Shown here in pieces: positions 27,176 to 36,184 of a stretch of 64,000 bases of DNA. Both the position numbers and the translations under genes were made by a program. Source of the DNA: a virus; IMG/VR virus record IMGVR_UViG_3300002144_000620, positions 32,001-96,000 of that record; one strand, written 5' to 3'. The notes below the pieces were generated by a model. It was not told the origin of the DNA. It searched no databases and saw only the letters and a list, made by a program, of their open reading frames with translations. The first letter of the stretch is position 1. The number at the start of each line of letters is the position of its first letter.

Positions 27176-30100
27176 ATGGCAAACAAAGTTTATACATCAC
27201 CAGGTGTTTATACGACAGAAAAAGACTTAACATTCACAACTGAAACAGTTGGGGTAACTACTTTAGGTAGTGTTGGTGAGACATTAAAAGGCCCAGCGTT
27301 TCAACCAGTGTTTATTAGGAATTTTGACGAATTTAAAACAACTTTCGGTGGAACAGACCCGCAAAAATTTAAAAACACACAAATTGTAAAATATGAGTTA
27401 CCTTATATTGCTAAACAGTATTTAACACAATCAAACCAATTATATGTAACGAGAGTATTAGGTTTATCTGGTTACGAAGCTGGTATGTCTTGGGCTGTTA
27501 AGACTATGGGTGCTATTGATGATACAACATTATCAACTACAGGTGTTACTAAAACAACAATAAGTTTCGAGTTTGATACAGCTACTAACGAATTCTATGT
27601 AGGTTCAACGAGCTTAGCTCAGTATATTCAAGATGAAACTGGTATTAACCAGACTGAGTTTGATGTTGCTTTTGATAGTTATTTCACCACAATAGGTGGT
27701 TATGTAGACAAACCTTTTTATGATAAAAAACACTCAATGTACTGGGGTTTATTAACCAGTGGATTAGAGTCTGATATTGATACAGATGCTCTTACTGATA
27801 ACTTATCTTTACCAATTTACGTTGATTCTTATGAGTTACCGTTAACAATACCGACAGCTGATAGAGACGCTTATATACTTAACAATGAATTAGTATATAA
27901 CCCAACTACTCAAATGTATGAAGGTGTTAGTTTTGGTTTGTATTGTCATTCTTTTGTACCTGAGTCACCAAGTGTTCTTGCTGGTAAATTAGAGTTATAT
28001 ATCACTAAATTAGAAGCTGAGCCGTTTGCGGAAGGACATAATAAAACAATCGCTACTATTAGAAGTAGAGGTAATTATGTTTCAGATGTTTTACAATACA
28101 AAGTTGGATCTTTAGCAATGGTTGCTCCTGCTGATTTAGCTAATAACCCGTATTTATCATTTGATTTAACTGGAACTACAGCTAATCCATCTGGTAATGA
28201 ATTTACATACACAGTATCATTGGAAAAAGGTAAAGCTAATTATATTAAAAATGTAATAGGTTCTACTGTTGATGATAAAGACGCTTTAATATATGTTGAA
28301 GAAGTTTATGACAACTCATTAAGTTTTGGTAGATTGGGTGGTAAGATTAAAGGTTTATTTACTGAATTAATTTCAGTAAATAGCTGGGATCACTACAAAT
28401 TCCAATTCCAATCACCTGTTACACCTTTCATAGTTTCAGAATTAAGAGGTGGTTTACCTCAAAGATTGTTTAGATTGATTTCTATTTCTGATGGTAGTAA
28501 CGCAAACTTTGATATTAAATTATCTATAGCTAACGTTGATCTTTCAAAAAGAACATTTGATTTATATATTAGATCTTTTAACGATACTGATAAAGCGGCT
28601 GTTCTTTTAGAGAAATTCCTTGATTGTACAATGGATGAAACTTTAGATAATTACGTTGGTAGAAAAATTGGTACAATAGATAACAAATACCCACTTAAGA
28701 GTAGTTATGTTGTTTTAGAAATAGCTGATAACGCACCTAATGATGGTGTTGCAGCTGGTTTTGAGGGTTATGAATTTAGAACAAATGGAGAAACTGGTAA
28801 TGCAGCTCTTTTAGTACCTGAAATGCCTTATAAATTAGAATATTATGCACCTGGTGATACAATTTTTGATCCACCATTTGCTAATCCAGTTATTTCTTCT
28901 GGTGACGTTGTTCGTAAACACTACTTAGGATTTTCTTCTCAGTTTGGTTACGATAAAGACTTACTTTTATTTAAAGGTAAAATTAGTACATTAGGTGATA
29001 ACGCTTACAATACTGGAGATGATTACGTAACCAAAACAAAAGGTTTCCATATGGATATTAATGCTGGCGCTATTGTTGACTCAGTAACTAACGAAGAAGT
29101 TTTTGCTGTTGGTGTCGCTACATTTAATGACGCTACCGTTGTTGATTCTAATACTAATCATCCGTATAATAGTATGAGAACTAGAAAATTCACATGTTTA
29201 TTCTCAGGTGGTTTTGATGGATGGGATGCTTATAGGGTTAACAGAACAAATACCGATGATTATAAAATTGGTAGAACTGGTTTTATTAATAGTTCATTCG
29301 ATACATTTACAAATGTTGAATATGGAGAATTATTCGGTACTTCTGATTACTATGCTACTTTGTATGGTATGAAAACTATGCAGAATCCTGAAGAGATCGC
29401 TATTAATATTTTAACGACTCCTGGTATTGATATGTTAAACAATACAGACTTAGTTAGGGATGCTATAGAGATAGTTGAGGAGAAACGATTAGATTCAATT
29501 TACTTACCTACATTACCAGATATTAAATTACTAAACAATAGTAACGCATCTGACTCTGAAAGTTGGTATTATGCTGAAGACATTGTTGATGAGGTTGAAA
29601 ATACTGAAATCGATTCTAGTTATACAGCTATATATTACCCATGGATACAGATTACAGATACGGATAATAATGCTAACTTATTTATTCCTCCTACAGCTGA
29701 AGTAGTAAGAAACATGGCTTACACAGATAATGTGGCTTACCCATGGTTTGCAACAGCTGGTTATAATAGAGGTTTAGTTAAATGTAACAGAGCACGTATA
29801 GCACTTGATCAAGAATCTAGAGATATACTTTATCCTGGTAGAATTAATCCATTAGCAACTTATTCAGATGTTGGTGTTGTAATTTGGGGTAATAGAAACT
29901 TACAAATCAAATCAAGCGCTCTTGATAGATTAAATATTAGAAGATTGTTATTACAAGCAAGAAGGTTAATTATGAGCGTATCTAAAAGATTATTATTTGA
30001 TCCGAACGATACTACAGTAAGAAATCAATTCTTATCACTTGTTAACCCAATCTTAGACAACATAAGAAAAGAAAGAGGTTTAACTGACTTTAGAGTTACA

Positions 30101-30235
30101 GTTGAGATGGATGTTGAGGATGCGGATAGAAATACCTTAAGAGGTAAGATATTCATTAAACCAACACCTACACTAGAATTCATTGAACTTGAGTTCACGG
30201 TAACTCCACAAAACGTATCTTTCGATAATATCTAA
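27176..30235 (+). CDS. Contractile tail sheath protein
   Basis: YTSPGVYTTEKDL, GETLKGPAF, YYPW, PWFATAGYNRG, RINP, WGNRNL, RLNIRRLL, IFIKPT..LEFI. Confidence 0.97.
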   Translation: MANKVYTSPGVYTTEKDLTFTTETVGVTTLGSVGETLKGPAFQPVFIRNFDEFKTTFGGTDPQKFKNTQIVKYELPYIAKQYLTQSNQLYVTRVLGLSGYEAGMSWAVKTMGAIDDTTLSTTGVTKTTISFEFDTATNEFYVGSTSLAQYIQDETGINQTEFDVAFDSYFTTIGGYVDKPFYDKKHSMYWGLLTSGLESDIDTDALTDNLSLPIYVDSYELPLTIPTADRDAYILNNELVYNPTTQMYEGVSFGLYCHSFVPESPSVLAGKLELYITKLEAEPFAEGHNKTIATIRSRGNYVSDVLQYKVGSLAMVAPADLANNPYLSFDLTGTTANPSGNEFTYTVSLEKGKANYIKNVIGSTVDDKDALIYVEEVYDNSLSFGRLGGKIKGLFTELISVNSWDHYKFQFQSPVTPFIVSELRGGLPQRLFRLISISDGSNANFDIKLSIANVDLSKRTFDLYIRSFNDTDKAAVLLEKFLDCTMDETLDNYVGRKIGTIDNKYPLKSSYVVLEIADNAPNDGVAAGFEGYEFRTNGETGNAALLVPEMPYKLEYYAPGDTIFDPPFANPVISSGDVVRKHYLGFSSQFGYDKDLLLFKGKISTLGDNAYNTGDDYVTKTKGFHMDINAGAIVDSVTNEEVFAVGVATFNDATVVDSNTNHPYNSMRTRKFTCLFSGGFDGWDAYRVNRTNTDDYKIGRTGFINSSFDTFTNVEYGELFGTSDYYATLYGMKTMQNPEEIAINILTTPGIDMLNNTDLVRDAIEIVEEKRLDSIYLPTLPDIKLLNNSNASDSESWYYAEDIVDEVENTEIDSSYTAIYYPWIQITDTDNNANLFIPPTAEVVRNMAYTDNVAYPWFATAGYNRGLVKCNRARIALDQESRDILYPGRINPLATYSDVGVVIWGNRNLQIKSSALDRLNIRRLLLQARRLIMSVSKRLLFDPNDTTVRNQFLSLVNPILDNIRKERGLTDFRVTVEMDVEDADRNTLRGKIFIKPTPTLEFIELEFTVTPQNVSFDNI

Positions 30236-30245
30236 TTAAATTAGG

Positions 30246-30279
30246 AAAGGGGTACTCTAAAAAGTATCCCTTTTTTTTT
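30246..30279 (+). terminator. Intrinsic terminator after the sheath gene
   Basis: AAAGGGGTACT-ctaaaa-AGTATCCC followed by T9. Confidence 0.8.
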
Positions 30280-30403
30280 AAAGAAAAGTTACAAAAGAAA
30301 ATATATTATAGAGTACCTATATTAGTATTAATAATTAATTAAATTAATAATATATATTATATATAAGTACTATAGTATAGAGTACCTTGCTTAAGACCCT
30401 TAA

Positions 30404-30434
30404 CAAAAATAAACATTTGAAATGATAAAGTCAA
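30404..30434 (-). promoter_or_regulatory. Antisense Bacteroidota-type promoter, copy 1
   Basis: TTG(ACTTT) 30434-30432, 20-nt spacer, TATTTTTG 30411-30404. Confidence 0.7.
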
Positions 30435-30569
30435 GTTTTTATAAAAATAATTTTTATTTATGTTAAGAATTAAATAAAATAGTATAGAGTACTATTTATA
30501 ATAAAATAATAATATTTAATATTTATATATAAGTACTATAAGATAGAGTACCTTGCTTAAGACCCTTAA

Positions 30570-30600
30570 CAAAAATACGGATTAGAATTTACAAAGTCAA
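30570..30600 (-). promoter_or_regulatory. Antisense Bacteroidota-type promoter, copy 2
   Basis: TTG(ACTTT) 30600-30598, 20-nt spacer, TATTTTTG 30577-30570. Confidence 0.7.
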
Positions 30601-30650
30601 GTCCTGATAAAAAAAATTTAAAAAGGTGTGTACAAAGCGAAATGTGTAGA

Positions 30651-30658
30651 TATTTATA
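30651..30658 (+). promoter_or_regulatory. Putative phage late-promoter motif TATTTATA (representative site)
   Basis: Same motif upstream of genes at 22453, 25761, 27131 (TATTTAT), 32746, 36212, 38240, 41097, 60451 (+) and 13067, 19309 (TATTTAT) (-). Confidence 0.65.
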
Positions 30659-30692
30659 ATTAACAATAAAGAAAAAATTAAATATATAAAAT

Positions 30693-31181
30693 ATGGCTAA
30701 CTTATTAATGAAAATGCCTGTTCCTTACGAACCAAAGAAAAAGAACAGATTTATTTTAAGATTTCCAAGTTCACTGGGTATTAACGAGTGGTTTGTGATC
30801 TCTACATCTAGACCTAAGGTTACAATAAACGAAGTAGAGATACCTTTCTTAAATACATCAACATATGTTGCTGGTAGATTTAACTGGGAAAGTATTGATG
30901 TTACGTTTAAAGACCCTATTGGGCCTTCAGCTTCTCAAGCTCTAATGGAGTGGGTTCGTTTACACGCTGAGTCGGTAACAGGACGTATGGGTTATGCCGC
31001 TGGTTATAAAAAAGATATTGAACTAGAAATGTTAGATCCAACAGGTGTTGTTGTCGAGAAATGGATTCTTCAAGGAACATTCTTAACAAACGTTGATTTC
31101 GGATCGTTAGAGTACAGTGATGATGAAATTGCAGACATATCAGCTACATTGAGAATGGACCGTTGTATTCTGGTTTACTAA
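30693..31181 (+). CDS. Tail tube protein (T4 gp19-like)
   Basis: YEPKKKNRF, GRFNWESIDVTFKDPIGPS, YKKDIELEMLDPTG..EKW.LQG.F...FG.L.Y. Confidence 0.93.
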   Translation: MANLLMKMPVPYEPKKKNRFILRFPSSLGINEWFVISTSRPKVTINEVEIPFLNTSTYVAGRFNWESIDVTFKDPIGPSASQALMEWVRLHAESVTGRMGYAAGYKKDIELEMLDPTGVVVEKWILQGTFLTNVDFGSLEYSDDEIADISATLRMDRCILVY

Positions 31182-31209
31182 TAGAAGCTACTATTATTGC
31201 AAATTATTT

Positions 31210-31241
31210 AAAAGGGGTTGTATTTTACAGTCCCTTTTTTT
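31210..31241. terminator. Bidirectional intrinsic terminator between convergent genes
   Basis: AAAAGGGGTTGTA-ttt-TACAGTCCC followed by T7. Confidence 0.75.
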
Positions 31242-31244
31242 ATT

Positions 31245-31646
31245 TTAATCATTTAGTAGTTTACTATGTTTATCTATAAATTTATTAACCTTCTCAACCA
31301 AAATATCACCTTCCTTCATTTCATGTTCCCATATAATCAATAAAGTATAGTTATGGTCAAACTTAACTAGTTTAACTTTATATTGGTCATTCTTTAAATT
31401 ATTTCTCTGAAAAGTGTACTTAGCTTCTGGGTTATGTGTTTTACAGCAATGGTAAAAACAACCATGTGTTTCAATTATAATACCGTGATCTGGTAATAAA
31501 AAATCAAATTCTCTCTTTTTAAAAACAAAATGTTGTTCATACTTAATACCCAATTCATTAAGTATACCAGCAAACGCAACCTCTAATTTAGACGTTCCGT
31601 TCATTTTTTTTCTAACAGTACGCATTTTTACTTTCTTTTTAGCCAA
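31245..31646 (-). CDS. Vsr/DUF559-like PD-(D/E)xK endonuclease
   Basis: SKLE..F..IL, EFDFLLP..IIIETHGCFYH, ND..K, IIWEHE; TTG start. Confidence 0.8.
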   Translation of the reverse strand: MAKKKVKMRTVRKKMNGTSKLEVAFAGILNELGIKYEQHFVFKKREFDFLLPDHGIIIETHGCFYHCCKTHNPEAKYTFQRNNLKNDQYKVKLVKFDHNYTLLIIWEHEMKEGDILVEKVNKFIDKHSKLLND

Positions 31647-31760
31647 AATATTATTACTTTTAAGTAAATAGGTAATGTTATAACTAAAAAGAAAAAAATA
31701 ACCTTTACACTATTTAAGAATACACTATTATTAAAGAGATTATAATTAAATAAAAAAAAT

Positions 31761-32519
31761 ATGGACGATTCACAACAAATTTACTTTGAGCCAGCACATG
31801 ATGTTATCTCACTACCTTCGGGAGGTATGTTTTACAAGAACAAAAAAGATTCTGTTAAAGTTGCATACATGACAGCTTCAGATGAAAACATTTTAACTTC
31901 ACCAAACTTATTACAGAGTGGTAAAGTATTAGACGTACTACTAGAAAAGAAAATTCTAGATAAAGATATAAAAGCTGGTGACTTACTTCCAGGTGATAGA
32001 AACGCTATTATCTTCTTCTTAAGAGCCACTGGTTACGGTGAAATGTATCCAGTTGAGTTGACAGATCCTAAGACAGGCGATAGCTTTATCGAAGATATTG
32101 ATATTAGTCAGTTACCAACTAAAGAGGTTTCTTTAATTCCAGATGAAAACGGTGAGTGTTCATTTGTTTTACCTAAATCGGGTAAAACTGTAAAGTTTAA
32201 ATACTTAACTTCTTCAGAGGATGAAAAACTAATTAAGGATGATCAAATTAGAACTAAGAAATTAGGTTCGAACGCTATTAATCAGGTTATGACACTTAGG
32301 TTACAGAACCAAATTACTGAAGTTGATGGTATTAGGGATAAAACAGCTATTATGCAGTTCGTTGATTCTATGTCACCAATGGATTCATCAAAATTCAGGC
32401 AATACTTAACCGAAAACGAACCAGGTTTAGATTTAACCATTAACGTACAAGCTCCAAGTGGAGAGTTTTTTTTTGGTGAACTTCCGATTACAGCAAAATT
32501 TCTTTGGCCTTACGTCTGA
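31761..32519 (+). CDS. Baseplate hub assembly / tail assembly chaperone (T4 gp26-like)
   Basis: LPSGG.FY..VAYMTASDENILT..GDRNAI..LRATGYG..LP.SG..VKFKYLT..FLWP; lies between tube and tape measures. Confidence 0.8.
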   Translation: MDDSQQIYFEPAHDVISLPSGGMFYKNKKDSVKVAYMTASDENILTSPNLLQSGKVLDVLLEKKILDKDIKAGDLLPGDRNAIIFFLRATGYGEMYPVELTDPKTGDSFIEDIDISQLPTKEVSLIPDENGECSFVLPKSGKTVKFKYLTSSEDEKLIKDDQIRTKKLGSNAINQVMTLRLQNQITEVDGIRDKTAIMQFVDSMSPMDSSKFRQYLTENEPGLDLTINVQAPSGEFFFGELPITAKFLWPYV

Positions 32520-32706
32520 TTATAGGTCACAAATGATGTACGAATCGTATATCCTTGTGAAACACGCTAACTTTACATACGCTGATGTAATTAGTATGCC
32601 AGTCTTTGAAAGAAGAAAGTTTATTGAGATACTAATGGAAGAGAATGAAAAAGTAAAAGAGGCGAGAGAAAGAGAAATGCAAAAATCTAGATCTAAAAGA
32701 AAATAA
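32458..32706 (+). CDS. Small chaperone-extension ORF in the +1 frame; likely reached by frameshift, or translated from ATG 32533
   Basis: LVKHANFTYADVISMPVFERRKFI resembles the small ORF that follows gp26-like genes; overlaps the upstream stop. Confidence 0.7.
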   Translation: MESFFLVNFRLQQNFFGLTSDYRSQMMYESYILVKHANFTYADVISMPVFERRKFIEILMEENEKVKEAREREMQKSRSKRK

Positions 32707-32707
32707 T

Positions 32708-32735
32708 AAAAACCCACTTTAACGGTGGGTTTTTT
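32708..32735 (+). terminator. Intrinsic terminator
   Basis: AAAAACCCAC-tttaacg-GTGGGTTTTTT. Confidence 0.85.
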
Positions 32736-32765
32736 GTTTTGAAGATATTTATATATAAATAAAAC

Positions 32766-33530
32766 ATGAGAAAGTATATTATAACGGAATCACAGTTAGG
32801 TTTAATAGTTAAAAACGCTAGCGACTCACAATTAAACGAAACTTCTGTTCAGAATAGTTCAACACCAATAAGTTTCGATGAATTTTTAAAAGCAACTGAA
32901 GTTGATAACATTAAAAATAACGTAAATGCGAAACCAAACAACCCAGATGACATTAAAGCATTTGTACAAGCGCAAATAGCTAGCGTTGGTTCAAACAAAG
33001 GTGCTGAAATGACAGATAAGGCTCTTAAAGATATTGCTGGGGAACACTATATGGATTACCATAGAGGTTATCGTATAGAACCATTTGACGAAGTAGATAA
33101 TCTATCAATAATAGTTTGTTCTATAGTTTACTTTTACTATAAAGAAGGTAAAATCGCATCATTCAACTTAAAAGATGTTTATAGTAGTTGGGATGCCAAC
33201 TATAGATATTTACAGAAAAATGGTATAGATAACGGTAAACTAAAACAATTACTAAGAACAAAATTTAAAGCAGATTTAAATGCGTTACCAACTATAGATA
33301 GCGATAAAGAAGTTACTTTAATATCTAAAGATGGGTCTATATCAGCACAAGTATTAAAATCAAATAAAGATATAACTAGAGTTAGTTTTAATTTTTTAGA
33401 TAAAAATGGTTTAGATTATTTTTACAGTACATTTTTAAGAAATGGTAATAACCTTAAAAATATAAGATTAGCTATTGGAAGAAACGTTACACCTAGTTTA
33501 GATAAAGGGTCTTTAATATTTAAATTTTAA
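32766..33530 (+). CDS. Hypothetical protein with MRKYIITESQL leader (possible head-internal protein)
   Basis: 254-aa ORF; TATTTATA upstream; I-T-E and L-N-E motifs. Confidence 0.7.
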   Translation: MRKYIITESQLGLIVKNASDSQLNETSVQNSSTPISFDEFLKATEVDNIKNNVNAKPNNPDDIKAFVQAQIASVGSNKGAEMTDKALKDIAGEHYMDYHRGYRIEPFDEVDNLSIIVCSIVYFYYKEGKIASFNLKDVYSSWDANYRYLQKNGIDNGKLKQLLRTKFKADLNALPTIDSDKEVTLISKDGSISAQVLKSNKDITRVSFNFLDKNGLDYFYSTFLRNGNNLKNIRLAIGRNVTPSLDKGSLIFKF

Positions 33531-33535
33531 TTAAA

Positions 33536-36184
33536 ATGGTACAAGGTAACTTTGCATCTAAATTTCAAAAAGCTATCGATACTTACGATTCGTTAGTTAA
33601 ATCTGGTCAAATTAGTAACCAGACTAAGATATATAGTTTACAAAGTTCAATTAATAGTGCTGCCGAATATGCTTTAAACAAAAAAGAATCTTATCAATTA
33701 GACCTAAAAAATGAAACTATAGGTCAGTGGAGTAGAAGGGTATTTAATGAAAAAGCGGAGGAGGATAAAGTTAAATCAAATTTTAAACGTGACCAAAAAA
33801 TATTAACTAAACAAATTAACGATTACAAGAAAAAAGAGTTAAAAGCTCAAAAGTCTAATAATAAGAGTCAAGAAAAATTAATAAAGGAAAGAAGGACCCA
33901 ATTAGAGACCACTAAAAAAATGAAAGAAGCTGAATCAGAGGCTTTCAGTGCAACATCTAAAATAGCTGGTAAGGGTGGTGGTAATCCTTACATTGCTGCT
34001 ATATTAGTTGTTAGTGGTGCTATATTAAGCGCAGCAAAAAGTATTTTAGGTACTGCTGTGGGTTTACTAAAAAAATTAATACCGAAAAACTTTGATTTTT
34101 TGGCACCGTACAAATGGTTTTTAAAATTTCAAACCTTATCGGGTGATATATCGGTTAACGCTGGTTTAATAGCATCAGAATCAGCTAATTTTTTAGACAA
34201 CCTACCTATGATGATGCAGGATGTACTAGACGTTGGTGGTACATTAGAAGATATTAATAAAGTATTTAAAAAATTTAGTGAAGTAACTAATAAAAACAGG
34301 TTATTCACAAGTAAGGAGTATAAAGGTATATTAAATTTAGGTTTAGGTACATCACTTGGAGCTGAAGGTGCTGCTGATTTCGTTGGTAACTTTGAGAATA
34401 TGGGTTATTCAGTTGATAAAACATTAGAATTCACTGAATATGTTAGAGGTAAAGCAATGAGTATAAACCTTAACCAATCTAACATACTTAATAAGATTAA
34501 CCAATTAACCCTATCCTTAACAGGTTTTGGTATATCTATGGGTCTTAAAGGTATGGCTAAACTAGTAACAAAATCCGTTAAATTAAGATTTGATGTTGTT
34601 GGTTCGGTAAAAGCTTTTCAAGATGCATTTAAAGATCCAGAAGTAGCTGTTGAGGTTGCAGCCAAAGCTAAACTACTTGGTGGTAAATTCGCTTTTTATT
34701 TTGGTGACCCTTTTACTTTAATGGGTAAAAGTATATTAGAACCAGAAGAACTAACCGCTGATTTAATTGAAGCTTTAAAAGATAAAGCCTTTAAAGGTAA
34801 AAACGGTTTTGAAATCGCACCAGCTGATCGTGAAATGATTAGAGAGTTATCTAAAGCATTGGGTCAAGACCCTGAAAACATAATCACATTAGCTATCGAA
34901 CAAGGTAAGGATTTGGATAAAGTTAACGCACTTAGAAAACGAGGTATATTCGAGACTAATATGGATGAAGATAAAGCTGAGTTATTAAAAAATCTAATGA
35001 CATTAAACGAAGACGGTTCTTACAGTATACGATTATCAAATGGTGTTACACAAAGATTATCTGAGATACCTAGTAATGTAACTATATTTAAAACGTTACA
35101 ACAAGAGAGAAAAAATAACGAATCTGCACTATTAAGAAAATCGTTAGCTGAAAGAATAGGTATTGTTATCGATAGGTTTATGATTGGGTTTTCACAGGTA
35201 TTTGTTGAATTAAATAAATATTTCAGAGATTTTGATACCATAACAAATCTAGATAACACCGTTAAATCCATAAGCGATGGTATGGGTAAATTTTTAACAG
35301 ATAAATTTGATAGCGATTGGGGTGATATACTAAAAAATGGTTTAAAAACAGCTAACTTAATGATAGATAACCTATTATTAGTTTGGAACGACCCCAATAA
35401 AGGACTACCAGTTATTTTAGCCGATTCAATGGATATTATAAAAGATGCTTTAATGAAATATATGATCAAACCGTTAGAATTTTATAGCGGTAAACTAGTG
35501 TACGGAATAGGTAAAGGGCTTGATAAAAAAACTTTTGGTCTTTTCGGTAAAAGCATAATGCAATCTGGTTTAAATATGCAAAAAAGCGGTTTAGAGGGTT
35601 CTAGTACTACTTTTTATGAAAATAATGAAAATGGGTTAAGAACTCGTATCGACAATTACAACAAAAATTATGCTAATAATGATATATCATCAAACCTAAC
35701 AACTACGATAAGTAAACGAATACTTAAAAAAATACCTTTTATTGGGGCGGTTATAGGTACCGTGGAGGCGCTTGGTTACGTACTAGAAGGTAATTACGGT
35801 CAAGCTGGAATGGCGTTTGGGTCAGGTGTCTTAAGTACCGTACCAGGTCTTGGTACAGCCGCAAGTATTGGTCTTGACGCTATTAATATGGGTATTGATT
35901 CCCAAAAAGATTATAAGGTTCAGAATATCGAGAAAGCTAATGATTTAATTTACCATAGTAGCGGTTCGATAGAAAAAGGTGCCAAAGGGGACGCTAAATC
36001 ATATATAGATGAACTTGCTGGGGGTAAATCAAATAGTTACAGTAAAGCAAATAGTTTTAATCTGGTATTATCTGGTAAGATTATTAATAAATATAGAGAA
36101 GGTTTTTATGATAAAAACACTCATAATACTACCATAACTTCTTCTAAAATGGTATTAAAACAAATGATAGCTAATTTAGCTTAA
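33536..36184 (+). CDS. Tape-measure-like protein 1
   Basis: Helical, A/G/K-rich; FGDPFTLM; C-terminal LKKIPFIGAVIG..VPGLGTAASIGLD; position after the tail chaperone. Confidence 0.75.
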   Translation: MVQGNFASKFQKAIDTYDSLVKSGQISNQTKIYSLQSSINSAAEYALNKKESYQLDLKNETIGQWSRRVFNEKAEEDKVKSNFKRDQKILTKQINDYKKKELKAQKSNNKSQEKLIKERRTQLETTKKMKEAESEAFSATSKIAGKGGGNPYIAAILVVSGAILSAAKSILGTAVGLLKKLIPKNFDFLAPYKWFLKFQTLSGDISVNAGLIASESANFLDNLPMMMQDVLDVGGTLEDINKVFKKFSEVTNKNRLFTSKEYKGILNLGLGTSLGAEGAADFVGNFENMGYSVDKTLEFTEYVRGKAMSINLNQSNILNKINQLTLSLTGFGISMGLKGMAKLVTKSVKLRFDVVGSVKAFQDAFKDPEVAVEVAAKAKLLGGKFAFYFGDPFTLMGKSILEPEELTADLIEALKDKAFKGKNGFEIAPADREMIRELSKALGQDPENIITLAIEQGKDLDKVNALRKRGIFETNMDEDKAELLKNLMTLNEDGSYSIRLSNGVTQRLSEIPSNVTIFKTLQQERKNNESALLRKSLAERIGIVIDRFMIGFSQVFVELNKYFRDFDTITNLDNTVKSISDGMGKFLTDKFDSDWGDILKNGLKTANLMIDNLLLVWNDPNKGLPVILADSMDIIKDALMKYMIKPLEFYSGKLVYGIGKGLDKKTFGLFGKSIMQSGLNMQKSGLEGSSTTFYENNENGLRTRIDNYNKNYANNDISSNLTTTISKRILKKIPFIGAVIGTVEALGYVLEGNYGQAGMAFGSGVLSTVPGLGTAASIGLDAINMGIDSQKDYKVQNIEKANDLIYHSSGSIEKGAKGDAKSYIDELAGGKSNSYSKANSFNLVLSGKIINKYREGFYDKNTHNTTITSSKMVLKQMIANLA

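Larger units (their letters stand above)
30307..30602. repeat. Two ~166-175-bp imperfect direct repeats with an identical 35-bp core, short TAGAGTAC repeats and AT-only tracts
   Basis: atagagtaccttgcttaagacccttaacaaaaata at 30377-30411 and 30543-30577; TAGAGTAC x4. Confidence 0.9.

Noticed and set aside
30377-30577. Two identical 35-bp repeats as a mini-CRISPR array
   Set aside because: The intervening 131 bp is far too long and is itself partly repeated; no cas genes; the repeat includes a promoter box.
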